Source: Adineta vaga (lineage: Eukaryota; Animalia; Rotifera). From it: a stretch of 64,000 bases of DNA. The notes beneath the pieces are model-generated. The model saw only the letters and a program-made list of their open reading frames with translations, searched no databases and was not told the DNA's origin. The DNA lies in assembly GCA_021613535.1 (NCBI GenBank), contig CP075492.1, positions 16,864,001-16,928,000 on the forward strand, in the 5' to 3' direction. Below are positions 1 through 12,728 of the stretch, piece after piece; within the stretch, counting starts at the first letter, position 1, and each line of letters starts with the position of its first letter. Position numbers and translations under genes: made by a program.

Positions 1-1
1 T

Positions 2-322
2 TGGTTCTTTTATCTACATATTTGGAATGAACATTATCTTAATAGTATCGTTTATCATTTATTAAATAATATTCAACCATGGTTTATCATCATACATCTC
101 TTCTTAGGAATTCTATATGCTGCATTCATTTGGTATGCAAGTTTCGAACATATCAAAGATAGACCATATAATTGGATAAAATTTACAATTTTCTTATTAG
201 GATTTATTCCTCTTCCATCATTATTCTTCATTTGTCAAGCTATTAATCTAACAAATGCATGGATACAAACATTGAAGAGTAATCAAACTCATTCGGAGTC
301 GGCACCAAAAGTTCTTTTCTAA
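2..322 (+). CDS. 3' end of a membrane protein gene (partial, runs off window)
   Basis: Frame +2 is open from base 2 to TAA at 320-322 (WFFYLHIW...WFIIIHLFLGILYAAFIWY...FTIFLLGFIPLPSLFFIC...KVLF*), with hydrophobic segments. It has no start codon, so it is absent from the ORF track. Confidence 0.6.
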   Translation, partial: WFFYLHIWNEHYLNSIVYHLLNNIQPWFIIIHLFLGILYAAFIWYASFEHIKDRPYNWIKFTIFLLGFIPLPSLFFICQAINLTNAWIQTLKSNQTHSESAPKVLF

Positions 323-813
323 AAAGAAAATTAAACTAAACTTAAAAACTAGAATTCTATATTTTAATCATTCTATTTATTGACCATGGCATCGTTTTGT
401 TTTTGTTCTAAGAATTCTCCTTATCAAATGATGTCATTTTTATCTATACGTAATTAGAAGCATAAGCTATATGCAACTGATGTTCATACCTTAAATACGT
501 TGTATCTGCTCTCTATAACATTCACAATACAGAAAAGAAATGAAATTATACAGCCAAGGCCAAAAAAGTGTGCAGATATGAGAAAATCATAAGGATTTCA
601 CTAAGGAGGCAATCTAAATCAAAGAGAACTCCAATAGAACAGACTGTTCACGAAGGTAGAATAATCCATTAACAGCTTGATTCATTATTCAATTGGATAC
701 ACATGTACATATCAATACGTACAATGTTATCTTCTTATCATGTGAAATATATTTGACACTCATGCGATTTGTTCATGTGATACGACGAGAGAGAAAACAA
801 TGACATACTCGAT

Positions 814-902
814 TGAGGGTGTGGCTGTGGTTGAGGATATACGTTTAATCTAAACTCCCTCAGCCACATCCTTACACCCACACCCACACCCACATTCACA
901 CC
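814..902. repeat. Inverted telomere-like element (G arm / spacer / C arm)
   Basis: tgagggtgtggctgtggttgagg - 20 nt - ccctcagccacatccttacacccacacccacacccac. Confidence 0.85.
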
Positions 903-1341
903 TTTAAGATGATTTTTCTTCATGTATAAAACTGTTGTTGTCTGTATTTTCTTCGTTTCCTTCGCAATGCTTTCATGTGTGTTTTCGTTCTTTCTTCTTT
1001 TCGTTTTTGTCTTTTTTCTTTTTCTCTTTTGTTGTTGCTGCTAACCCGCACTGTTAGGATTTTATGATTATAGTTTTTTAAGAAAATAAAAAAAGAGTAC
1101 ATTCATTTTAATACATCGGTTTTTTTTAGTTTTCGATTTTTTTCGTGAATGAAACTAGATTACTTTTTATTGTGTCTTTTATATCGTATCGGCACCTGAA
1201 TGAATCATGCATACTCAAGAATGTAAAAAGAAGCAAAAAATGTTTCATATTAATAGAACGGAAGTAAAAGAATGAGACATAGTAAAATATTGTATATATC
1301 TTCTCTTTGAAAATAAATAACGACAGACGATTGTTTTAAAA

Positions 1342-3873
1342 ATGGCTTGTACATCAAATAAAGCATTTGTTACGTTTGATAATGGTATAGAAGATTTTGT
1401 TCTTGTTTGGTTGGACACACGTACGCCACAAACAATCGAAACAGAAGAAACTCATGATGAAAGTATCAAACGTCAATCTCAATTGCAAACAATCATTAAT
1501 TTTACCCGGACATTTAATGATATAGATGAATGTCGTACATTTATTCAATCCTCGAAAACTGAAAAAGTCTTTCTTATTGCTTGTGGATATCTTGGTGAAA
1601 TTTTTATACCAACAGTTCATGATATACCACAACTTGAAGTTATTTACATTTTTTGTATTAACCAACAAAAACATACAGGATGGACAAAGCAATATAGTAA
1701 AATTCGTACAGTGTGTGCAACAACAAATGAATTGTTAACAGCATTAGCTAAAGATGTATCGATGTATGCTAAGAATTTAACACCATTAAGTATTTTTGCG
1801 GCTGATTTGAGCAAAGAGGTATCATTACACTCACTCAAGGCTGAAGAAAGGCGATTTATGTGGTTTCATTTATTACTTGAGTTAATTCTTCGTATGCCGT
1901 CAAATGAAATTGCACAAAATGATATGCGAAATGAATGTGAACGGGCCTATCGAGGTAATCCTGTTGAATTAGCGAAAATCGATGAATTCTTTAGGATCTA
2001 TAATCCTAAAGATTCTATTCGTTGGTATACAAAAGATTCATTTATCTATCGTCTTCTTAATAAAGCTTTTCGAACAGAAAATATTGATATTATTTTTAAA
2101 TTTCGATTCTTTATTGTTGACCTATATCATCAACTCAAACAATTACATCGACCATTTACGGATACTTTATATCGTGGCCAGACAATGTCGGTTAAGGAAC
2201 TTCAATTACTTAAAGACAGTAAAGATAAACTTGTATCTATTAATTCATTCTTTTCAACAACAAAATTCAGTGATCGTGCTACAACTCTCAGTGAAGAAGG
2301 AAGTGGTTTACCTCAATTAGAGTCTGTCGTCTTTGAAATCGATATCAATGAACATATGACAAATACACAACCGTTTGCTGATGTGTCTCATATTAGTTAT
2401 ATGTCTCAGGAAGATGAAGTTTTATTTAGTATGAATACAATCTTTCGTCTTGTCGACGTCGAGAAATGTGGTAGTGTATGGATAATTAATCTTATTCTGT
2501 GTAATGAACAGGAACAAAGTTTAAAAGATTTAGTTGATCATTTCAAGAAAGAAATTGATGACGTGCAAATGCCACCATTACTCATGTTGGGAGAATTTTT
2601 ATGGAAAATGGGTGATTATGGACGCGCTAACCGATACTACAAAATGATGTTGAGAGAATTACCATCTGGTCATGAACTGATCGGAAAAGTTTGCAATAAT
2701 ATTGGCTTAATTTCGCTTGAAAATGGTGATTTTCATTTATCTATGCATTGTTTCAACAAAGCACTCCATTTACAAGAATCAATAGAAACTCTCGATTTAG
2801 CTGAAACATATTCGAATATTGGTGTTTTATATGACCAACAAGGAGAAACAGATCAAGCACTCAAATTTACAAAACGAGCACTCGATATTCGACTTCGTTT
2901 AATGTCTCCTGATCATATGCTTGTCGGATTAACTTATAATAATATTGGATGGATATATTTTAATTGTCATGAATTTGACAAAGCACTTCATTTTTACGAA
3001 AAGGCACGTTCAATTGAATCCGTGGCTCTTGGATCATCAGATCATTATGATAATGCCACAACGCTAAGTAATATTGGTCTCGTACATTATGAACAAGGCC
3101 ATTATGAACAAGCATTATCCTTTTACAAAAAGGCTTTAGCCATTCGAGAACGTTCCTTGCCGGCACAACATCCACATTTCGCCGACATTTATACAAATAT
3201 TGGAACAGTTCAGGAACAATTTGGTAAGTTGGATGAAGCATTAATTATGTTTAATAAAGCACTTGAAATAAATCTGGTCGCGGTTTTACCCATTCATCCA
3301 CGTATTGCTCAATCATATAATAATTTAGCAAACGTTCTCGATGCATTAGATAAATCCGATGATGCTTTAATAAACTATTTCAAAGCTCTTAAACACATTA
3401 ATGGTGTATCAGTGGCGAGTAGAAGCTTACGAGCTACTGTCTTAAATAATATCGCTGAAATTTATCGCGAACAAGACAACTTTGACGAAGCACATAAGCA
3501 TCATCAAAAAGCACTCGCTATACGTCTTAAATTATATTCTCGCAAAAAACATCCAGATCTGGCTATGAGCTACAATAATATAGGCTTACTCTTTTACTAC
3601 CAATATAAATTTGATAAGGCATTATATTATCACTTTCGGTCGCTAGCTATCCGTCGTGTAGTCTATGAACCAATTCATCCACAACTAGCTCTATCGTTAT
3701 TCAATATTGCTCTTGTGTATTCTGAAAAACATCAATATAAAAATGCGCTGGATTATTTCAAGCAGGCATTAGATATTCAAAACCAAGCATTACCAAACGG
3801 TCATAAACGTATTACGGCTACGACAGAAGAAATCGCTTATGTGACACAGAAATTGAAAAAACAGACACGTTGA
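1342..3873 (+). CDS. ADP-ribosyltransferase (R-S-E clade) + TPR repeat protein
   Basis: Intronless 843 aa. ART motifs LYRGQ, SFFSTT and QEDEVL are followed by about 9-10 TPR units (A.TYSNIG.LY...G...AL.F...AL.I). The N-terminal VLVWLD...KVFLI domain is typical of this rotifer-expanded family. Confidence 0.9.
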   Translation: MACTSNKAFVTFDNGIEDFVLVWLDTRTPQTIETEETHDESIKRQSQLQTIINFTRTFNDIDECRTFIQSSKTEKVFLIACGYLGEIFIPTVHDIPQLEVIYIFCINQQKHTGWTKQYSKIRTVCATTNELLTALAKDVSMYAKNLTPLSIFAADLSKEVSLHSLKAEERRFMWFHLLLELILRMPSNEIAQNDMRNECERAYRGNPVELAKIDEFFRIYNPKDSIRWYTKDSFIYRLLNKAFRTENIDIIFKFRFFIVDLYHQLKQLHRPFTDTLYRGQTMSVKELQLLKDSKDKLVSINSFFSTTKFSDRATTLSEEGSGLPQLESVVFEIDINEHMTNTQPFADVSHISYMSQEDEVLFSMNTIFRLVDVEKCGSVWIINLILCNEQEQSLKDLVDHFKKEIDDVQMPPLLMLGEFLWKMGDYGRANRYYKMMLRELPSGHELIGKVCNNIGLISLENGDFHLSMHCFNKALHLQESIETLDLAETYSNIGVLYDQQGETDQALKFTKRALDIRLRLMSPDHMLVGLTYNNIGWIYFNCHEFDKALHFYEKARSIESVALGSSDHYDNATTLSNIGLVHYEQGHYEQALSFYKKALAIRERSLPAQHPHFADIYTNIGTVQEQFGKLDEALIMFNKALEINLVAVLPIHPRIAQSYNNLANVLDALDKSDDALINYFKALKHINGVSVASRSLRATVLNNIAEIYREQDNFDEAHKHHQKALAIRLKLYSRKKHPDLAMSYNNIGLLFYYQYKFDKALYYHFRSLAIRRVVYEPIHPQLALSLFNIALVYSEKHQYKNALDYFKQALDIQNQALPNGHKRITATTEEIAYVTQKLKKQTR

Positions 3874-4521
3874 ACCATGCGTTCACTATCAAAACTTTCT
3901 ATTTTCTATTGATTGGAACTGATATTATTCAATAAAAATACGCTTCTGTATAGTAAAACAAGATCATCGTAGAGTAGTTTTCATCAACTAGAAAGATTCT
4001 GTATTTGTTATATATACTCTTAATCACACCACAATTGGCAGCGATACGTTCTCGTTTACAAAATATCCATGATTGCTTATTTCTAAATAAGAATAAGCTT
4101 GAATAAGAATTCATGTCCATAAAAATCAGTATATTTAAGTAATGAATACGATAAGAGTTAAGATTCTTGAATATCTACAAGAGAAATATTCTCTGATCAT
4201 TTTAAATAATATAACTTTGTAATTTTTTGCCTTTAATTTAAATACCTGATTAATCAATCATTTTTAAATGTATACTGTCATGTCAAAGAATCCATTCTAA
4301 TAAGTATAGTTCGCAATGTTTTAATATATCAAGAGAAGACTGAAAAGATTGTTATCTATACGCATGTCTTAACAATTATTAAATGAAGCTGGAAATTTAA
4401 GAGACAGTCCACCAGTCAGTCAAACATGGCTATGCTCTGCAAATTTTGACTGCTTTCATTCTGTTTTTGATTGCAAATGAAAGAGTATTGTCGAAAACCA
4501 CCGATTTGTAAGAGGAGGGAA

Positions 4522-4597
4522 GGGTGAGTGCGAAGGGGTGGGTGTGAATAAGAATGTTGATGTCTTTCTTCAATTGCTTCATCCCACACCTACACCC
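4522..4597. repeat. Inverted telomere-like element
   Basis: gggtgagtg..ggggtgggtgtg - ~36 nt - cccacacctacaccc. Confidence 0.75.
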
Positions 4598-4713
4598 TTC
4601 TTTTCAATTTATTTTGGCAAAAAAAGATAAGAAAATTAAATTCAAACATAGTTCTAGAATAAAAATTATAAAAAGAATATATATTCCCTTGTATAACGAG
4701 TGGTGACCGACTA

Positions 4714-5402
4714 TCATGTAATAAGTAAAGTAGCAATCAGGCCGAAGAAATTAAGAATAATAGCAACAATACCCATTGCTCCACCTGCACCCACCTTTAA
4801 TGCTGCTATACCTCCGAAAGTGGTAGTACCATTGATACCGACTGCAACACCAATAATACCCATCACTAGAGAAGCAACTACAAGACATTTTATAATTAAC
4901 AGTACCAATCGATTTTCACTATCAATCATTCGTCCAAATAAAAACAGAAATAGAGCTGAAATGGCAGATGTAATACAAACCAGAGTGACAAAAGCTCTGG
5001 CAGTCATAATTTTTCCACATGAGCCAGAAGGAGCATCTGGTGACGGACATGGAATTGAGACGCATTCCTTAAAACCAGGAACGGATTGACAAGATCGCCA
5101 CAATCCCATCGTAGTTTCACCTATTCCGAACTGCAGTTTACCCCCGAAAATAAAAACTAATGGTTTTTGTTCTCTTTAGAATAGATTAAAACGATTTTCA
5201 TTAAATTATAACTAAACTCTCTGACATTCCAATACATGAAATTCTTTACGTCAATAAAATAAGTAAATATATATGTGTATATTAAATGCAACCATAATTA
5301 CATACCAAGATGGAAGAGCATTGCTAATGACAAAAAATAGGAACGTTATTGCAAGTAAACTACCAGCGACGATTGTTAGCACTTTTTTTTATTAAAAGCC
5401 AT
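4714..5402 (-). CDS. Claudin/PMP22-like four-TM protein (2 exons; apparent frameshift in an A run)
   Basis: Exon 1 (5402-5302) reads MAFNKK..VLTIVAGSLLAITFLFFVISNALPSWY. A GT-AG intron spans 5301-5131. Exon 2 reads FGIGETTMGLWRSC...C...C plus three TM helices, giving the W..GLW..C signature. The A8 run near 5383-5390 breaks the frame (homopolymer error or true lesion). Confidence 0.75.
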
Positions 5403-5946
5403 GTCTACTATAAAAAACTTTTTTTTTCTATAAATTGTGTAGTAATACAAGATCTATTTATATGAATTCTTTGCCGTGATATGGGCTAACTAAACTATGA
5501 TATCCAAAAAAAATGTTCTCATCTGAAGGAAGAACAGAAACATACTTTTTAACTTTTGAAAAACGGAAGAAACGACGCTCTGTAATTGCATATGATATTA
5601 TTCATAGCTAAAATGATGTTCTCATTATACTTTCCACGAAAAATATAACCAAGATAAAGTCATGGTAAGCAGGTAACTTGTGACTCACAAGTTGTGAGTC
5701 AAATTGAAACAAAGTTGTATTTTTCCAGCTTTTTGTCTAGTAAGTTTAGTTGACTGATGAGATTTACATCATTTTTTTGCCTTACGAAATTAACAAATTG
5801 TGATTTTTACAATAAAAATTAGATAGTTGTCGAATGAAAAAAACTTTCAAACGACAAGGGTGAGGGTGGTGTGGGTGAGACTCATGTGTTAGTAAAATAA
5901 AGGAGAAAAAGATTGAGTGTTATTAAAGGTAGATGAAAAAGTTCCT

Positions 5947-8900
5947 TCAATAGTCATTATATCGACTAAGTAGAATATAGAGATATAGTACAAATATATA
6001 GAACAGTGAGTTGCTTGAAAATATAATGGAAGAAGTTCTGTTCGTTGTAAATTGAGACGGAAAATCTGTCGGTATACTCGGGTTAGGCGTTGTTTCGTTT
6101 TGTTGCACCCATATGAGGGTATAATTATTATTCATAGATAATCTTAAGCCAGTGACATTCACCATATTTGTTTGAGATTGTATCACGGTTGAAATACTTT
6201 TACCATTTACTACGACGTTTGATGAAAGCTCATTTATTCCATAGAATATGAACGAGGTCAAATTCAATTTGGATATTTCTGTATAATTATTTCGGACGAC
6301 ATCAATCTTTAATTGATGAGCTTGAGAAGACCATTTATATGTAGCATAAAAGTAAGCACCATTCTCAATCGTGTCAATTGTTTCACCATCATCATAGAAC
6401 AAATCACCTTCAGCATTTCCGTTCGCATCCAATACAATTAGTAGACCAAATGGATTCATTCTATTATCAAACAAGTTATATGGACTACTAAAAAATGTCC
6501 TTCTAGTTATTTACCGTGAGAGTTTTGTGTTATTAGCATAATCTTGAGTGGGAATAATTCTTCCACCTCGAAGTAGAATTGGAATTGTTGTCAATGGTGC
6601 TTGTAATGTCGTATATTTTTCTTGAACAGAAATAGGAGCACCCGTATAGTAATCATACCATCTGGCTGCTGGAATATAGACTTCCACTTGTGTGACTCCC
6701 GGATCAGTCACTGGCGCTATCATTATGTGCGATCCAACAAGAAATTGTAAATAGATGTCAAGTGTTATTTTATCGGTTGGAAATTCATGAAATAATGGTC
6801 GAATGACAGTGGAACCTTGTATGTGAGCTTTATAGAATAATGTATAATAGTAGGGAAGAATTGAATATCGAATGCGTAGAGCAGACACCATGATAGCTGT
6901 CGCTGATGGTTCCCATGCAGCTGGATCTTGATCAGGTGTTTTCCAGATATTGTGCTAAAACACGAGTAGCATAGAAGATATTCTCAATACAACAATACTA
7001 AGCACATACATTTCGTGACAGTGGATAAAAAGCACCAACTTGTTGCCACCTACATAATATGTTGATCATAAGTATAGTCGTGAAGTGTGCTGTCTTACCG
7101 TATACACATTTCTTGTGTAGGAATTTTGTCAAAACCACAAATATCGGCACCAGCCATAGGAATACCAAACCAATTGAACTCAATCAATCCGATCAATGAC
7201 AGTTTCATCTCACTCCATAGAGCGGCGTTATCCCCCAACCAGTGAGCACCCCATTGGCCAGAACCTACAAAAGTCGAACGAGGTAATACTATACCTCGTT
7301 GTCCAGTCAATGTCCGTACTACATCTAGAGTGGGTTTTGTTTCACTCCATCCATAGAGACTATACCGTGGATTACATACATGAAAATAAGAATAAATCAG
7401 ATTGAAGAGATTACCTGTGTACATCATAGTGACGATACATGGCTTTGTCAACATTTGAATTGATTTCACCTTGTACAGCTGCCATACAAAGAGTACGATC
7501 AGAAAGACGTGAAGTTCGATTCATTGATTCATCATAATGAAATACCGCTTTAGTACGATAAGGTGGATCATCCCATTTACTTTGTGGGCATTTTAATGTG
7601 TAATTGCTATTTGTTATATTCCAATTCCATGGTGCATCTTCATTCGTACCAAACATAGCTAAGAAAAGTTATAGATAATAAGTCTATCAAGAATTGATGC
7701 AGAAACTATACTGACCAGGTTCATTCATATCAATCCAGATGCCATCGAAAGTCAAATTAACACGATGAAAATCCGTAATCATCTTTGCCCACCAAGAATG
7801 AGTTCGATTTCTGAAAAAATCTAATTAACAAAAGGAGATTTAATATAATTTTTGTTCCAAAAGATTTTTTACTAGACCTGGATAGAAGACTTCACCTGGC
7901 CAACAAGCACCTTTCATCAACGATCCATTTTCCCATGCGATAAACACATCTTGTTTGATACCTTCAATCGTTGGTGTATAATATTTTTGATCATCGATAG
8001 CGAATGGATCCAACATAATTATAATTCTTATACCAATAGCATTTAATTGAAGAAAATATTCTTTCAAACCACGATAATTGATCGGATCAACTGTAAAGAT
8101 TTTGTTTGCATCCATATAATCAATGTCTGCATATTGTACATCAAGTGGAACACCTGCATCTCGATTTCGTTGATTAACTTCTTGCATATGTGTCAAGTTT
8201 CCGTAACCCCAACGACAAAGATGAAAGCCAAGCGACCAGTATGGAGGCATCATTGATCGACCAACGAGCCATGTATATTGTTGAATGACTTGTTCTGGTG
8301 AAGGACCAAGAAAAACGAAAAAGTCAAGAATACCACCAATAGTACGAATGGTAACTGATGGCTCTGGTCCAAATGAATAATCCATAGCATTCGAATTGAG
8401 CAAAAGAACACCATGCATTTCGCCTGATGGTGCTTCATCTGAATTTGGTTTTTGTTCCATAACAAGGTAGAAAGGGTGTGTTCCATAATGGTTCGCATTG
8501 GTATCCCACGTTGTCGCTTGATCTCGACTAAAGATGCCCCATATTTGACGTGTTGATACATTATGTTTGAGAGTGAGATGATTATTTTCACCAAATCCAT
8601 AGACATATGGTGATTGAAGTCGAGAGACAATTTGAAGGAATTGATCGTTGAATACAAGTCCACCGATGGATGTATCGAATAGAGTAGTCTGATTGACGCG
8701 ACGTTTGATCGCAAAAGAGAGAATATCACCATTGCTATCATCCGATGAATATGTGAATTCATATTGAGGTGATGTGGATTGATCGAGAGGTGTTGCTAAC
8801 GGAATAGGAACCTAAACAAAAAGCACCGTAAAATATGGTCAAATTCAAGAACTTTCGATCCTACTTCATATCGCTGATTATCAGCATCATACAATTTAAA

Positions 8901-9311
8901 TCGAATAATATCGTTTGTGTAATAATGAACATCGAGAATTACATTTTCGATTGGTTCTGAAAATGGACTCGACACTCCCTGATTGCGTTTGAGACGTAGG
9001 CGCTTTCCATTCTGTAGTTGCTCTTCACTTCCTTGTAAGATGTAACCATAGTTTGATCGATAATAACAGAGAATATCACTTATATTAGCAGTGTCATCAT
9101 ATAGACAATTTCGCGCTAGACAAGCTTCTTTGGAGAAGTTAGAGTATTTTGCTTCGCGATCAGGATAACAGTCGATTCGAACAAGATCAGTTGTTGGTTG
9201 AGACTGCTTTTTAACACGTACATTAACAGGATTTCCCATAATAGGATTGACTACAATTATTGTCGAGATGATACTAATACTAATAATAATAGTAACCAAC
9301 GAAATCATCAT
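5947..9311 (-). CDS. GH31 alpha-glucosidase (maltase-glucoamylase/lysosomal type), multi-exon
   Basis: Signal/anchor peptide, trefoil-like RIDCYPD...CLARNC domain, YGTHPFYL, PPYWSLGFHLCRWGY and DIDYMD motifs. The nucleophile motif DGIWIDMNEP lies at ~7715-7745, followed by HWLGDN, GADICGF and GAFYP.SRNH. The C-terminal tail is hydrophobic. ORF-track fragments join through short GT-AG introns. Confidence 0.95.
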
Positions 9312-10906
9312 GAAATAATCTTTGGAAAAAAAAACTTTAATTGACCAATCGTTGTTTTCTATATTTTGACGTCCTTGTCCGATACTATTGTGTTACTACG
9401 TAAATATATATGTATGTATACTCATATAAACAGTCATTAGGTATGAATACGGTAGAATCAATCAAAATTATACAAATAGTTAACTACTATATTTACCTTA
9501 GCAAATGCATTAATGCAGAACTATCTTTTTTCTTTCTTTCGTTCTGTTGGTTGAAAAGAAAGAACAACTGTCTCACTTTGAAAGAGCCAATAAAATCACA
9601 GAGATACTCATGAGGAGTGCACAGAGTATGCACATAATAATAGAAATTTAAGTCGTAGAGAACGGAGATAAAATCAAAATGACGTGAAACTTCTCTCCAT
9701 TTATTCTTATGACAAAAATTCATTTGTACCTAGTCGATTTACTCAATAACGATTGGAATTGAAAATATTTACTAGTAAATGCAATTATTTAATTGCATTC
9801 GATCATGATCTTTCATCTATCTACTTCAAAGGTTATTCTAAATAATGTCAAAAGAAAAGATAAATTCTTATCCTGTGATCATTTATTCCGAATCATCTAA
9901 ATATAATCGAAATAAAGTTCTTTTATTTATGCATAAAATCAGAAACAACAAAGATATATTAATGAAGTATGGCGAAATACACATTATATTATAAAATAAT
10001 ACTGATAGTCTTTTCAACAAAACAAAATTTCTTGCAGAATCAGATAGATTGATTCGAAAACGTTTTTCTATATATAACTGTATGGTAAGTAACAAATTTA
10101 TCTTTAAATCGTAAGAATAAAATAATTTCATTTTTATTTTGAAGAGATTCGTCCAAAATATTCAAGAAGTTGCAACGATATACATCTAAACAAATATCAT
10201 TGATATCAATAATGTTGATGATAATTGTGACAGTCACTAATTTGTGTAGCAAAATGACGAATAGCACTTTCACAACAAATGCTGAAGTGCAATACAACAA
10301 TATACTAATGAATAATTTAATGCTCATCAGTTCTTATGTTACATAATTTGTTGCAAATGTTGTGATAATATTCGGATGAAGATAATAGTGTAATATCCAC
10401 TGTTTTAATTATCTAACGTTGTGTACTTGGCAAAAGATTAGGAACAGATAATCGTGGTTTAATAATCTTCAGTATACGATCAACCGCTATAGACTTAGAA
10501 AAATTTGAATCAGTCGATGAATTATCATAATATGTATCACTTGTATCTGGTTTATAAGTAATCTTATTTAAATCTGAATTTTGTTGACATGTAAGAAATA
10601 GCAATCGTTGATTCTATCATAGTAATAGAATTGAAATAAGTTCTAATGGAATCAAAGATAATGTTAAACAATATCATCTAACATTCAACAGTCTTTTTGC
10701 ACATCTTAAATATTTCTATGAGAGACGCTTCGAAAGAAAAATGATAGAAATTACTCTCCGATTCAGTGCATCTATAATAACACAACGTGTTTCTTTTCAA
10801 ATATTGCATTTGCATAGTCACATTAAAGGAGAGAAAGGAAATTGTGTATATATTATATCATTACTTGTTTTTTTCTCAATAATTTTCTAATAAAATCATA
10901 CAAAAC

Positions 10907-12511
10907 ATGGAGTATTTACCTGATGAATTACTTTTACATATTTTTCGTTATTTAAAAAATCTTGATATTATTTGTTCATTTAATAATCTTAATATTCGTT
11001 TTCAACAAATTATTCATCCATATTTCTCAAATATTGATGTAACTCGAACAAATGAAGTTCATTATAAAACTATACGATTATTTCTTGATAATATTTTACC
11101 ATTACATAATCATCAAATTCAATCTTTAACTTTTGATCCTGATGAACAACGACAAATATTTGAACCTTATATTCATCTTTTTACAAATTTAAAATGTATT
11201 ATATTACAATCCGATAGAACTCGTCAATCCTTCTTCTATGGATATGAATTAGAACAATTTCTTAAAAAGATTCTCTCATTAAAAACCTTAACTAAACTTT
11301 CAATATCTTTAAAAGCAAAAACTTTTAAATTTATTACAAAATATGCATCAAATAATTTATCAAGTCTTTCCTTATCACACCCAAATGAATATTCATGTCT
11401 TTCTTATGATATTAAAATGCCTTATATAAAATATTTCTCAATTGTATTAACGAATATTTATTCTTTAGAAAAAATCTTTGAAATAATGATAAATCTTAAA
11501 GAATTGAATATTTCATTATTTAATGATAATTATTTTCAAGATAATTCTCAACAATTACAAATTCCTTCTTCACTTGAAAAACTTACAATAAAATTTGGTT
11601 CAACAGGTGAAAATAATCGTTGGTTATATCAACAAAATATTAAATGGTTAAAAGATTTGTTAAATTTTTTTAAAAATAATTTAAAAACATTAATATTAAT
11701 TGGAATTTATACAAATAAAGAATTTCTTAATCATGAAATTATTCAAAATTTAATTCATAATTTTTCTCAATTGGAAATATTTCAATATCATATTCATACA
11801 AAAGATCAACCTGAATATTGTTTAACAAACATGAAAAATCTTTCTTGTTTACATCATTCGATTAATTCTATTCCGAAAGAATTTCAACTTACTTTATCAT
11901 CACATTCTACTCTAAAACAATTATTTATGTGTACGAAATTACAAATTTTTAATAAATTATTATCATTCTATGAATTAGAAGACGATAAATATAAACTTAT
12001 TAATTTAAAAAAACTTGATTGTTTTCATAATCTGGAAGATTTAACATCAATGATTAATGAATTCATTTCAAAACTTATTCGTTTATCACCAAATTTACAA
12101 ATAATTTCTATTCATGATTGTTCAAATACACAAATAATTATTAAATGGTTAAAACAATTACATTTTAATCAGTGTAAAACAATTGATCATTTCATATATA
12201 AAACACAAACATCTTCTAATGATCCATTGAATTTAATATTCTTCAATGAATTATTCAAAATATTTCCACAATTAAAAACGATTACAATTCCACGTTTAAC
12301 ACAATATACTGAAGAAAATTCGATAAAATTATCCACTTTAATTGAATATCTACGAGAAAATTTCATTCATCTTATTCATTTGAAATTACAAATGAATTCA
12401 TTTGATTATAATTATTATATAAAACAATTGACTGAATTAGTTAAACAAAATATGTTACATTATACAATTGATAAAAGAAAAAGAGGAGATTTATTAAATA
12501 TTTTTTTATAA
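10907..12511 (+). CDS. F-box protein with degenerate LRR-like C-terminus
   Basis: N-terminal MEYLPDELLLHIFRYL F-box motif and repeated L..L.I motifs; intronless 534 aa. Confidence 0.85.
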   Translation: MEYLPDELLLHIFRYLKNLDIICSFNNLNIRFQQIIHPYFSNIDVTRTNEVHYKTIRLFLDNILPLHNHQIQSLTFDPDEQRQIFEPYIHLFTNLKCIILQSDRTRQSFFYGYELEQFLKKILSLKTLTKLSISLKAKTFKFITKYASNNLSSLSLSHPNEYSCLSYDIKMPYIKYFSIVLTNIYSLEKIFEIMINLKELNISLFNDNYFQDNSQQLQIPSSLEKLTIKFGSTGENNRWLYQQNIKWLKDLLNFFKNNLKTLILIGIYTNKEFLNHEIIQNLIHNFSQLEIFQYHIHTKDQPEYCLTNMKNLSCLHHSINSIPKEFQLTLSSHSTLKQLFMCTKLQIFNKLLSFYELEDDKYKLINLKKLDCFHNLEDLTSMINEFISKLIRLSPNLQIISIHDCSNTQIIIKWLKQLHFNQCKTIDHFIYKTQTSSNDPLNLIFFNELFKIFPQLKTITIPRLTQYTEENSIKLSTLIEYLRENFIHLIHLKLQMNSFDYNYYIKQLTELVKQNMLHYTIDKRKRGDLLNIFL

Positions 12512-12728
12512 AATTAATCGATTGGCGTCTATAGAAAGTTGGCGATGTTTATTGTCATTATATTAGAAAAAGAAACATTCATTATGTAGAACGTAATTTG
12601 TTGCCTTTTTATAAAGAAAAAAAAGAAAGAACATCATTATACTTGTGAAAGATAAAAGAGATAAGATATATCTTCTTTTTTTTTGTTGTTGAATCATTAT
12701 TATTTAGAAATGAAAAAGAATTTCTAAA

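Noticed and set aside
4700-5089. 129-aa plus-strand ORF
   Set aside because: Antisense shadow of the claudin-like exon.
9883-10680. Short minus-strand ORFs, possibly a decayed gene (LSLIPLELI is F-box-like)
   Set aside because: Many stops and no sustained motif; a call cannot be supported.
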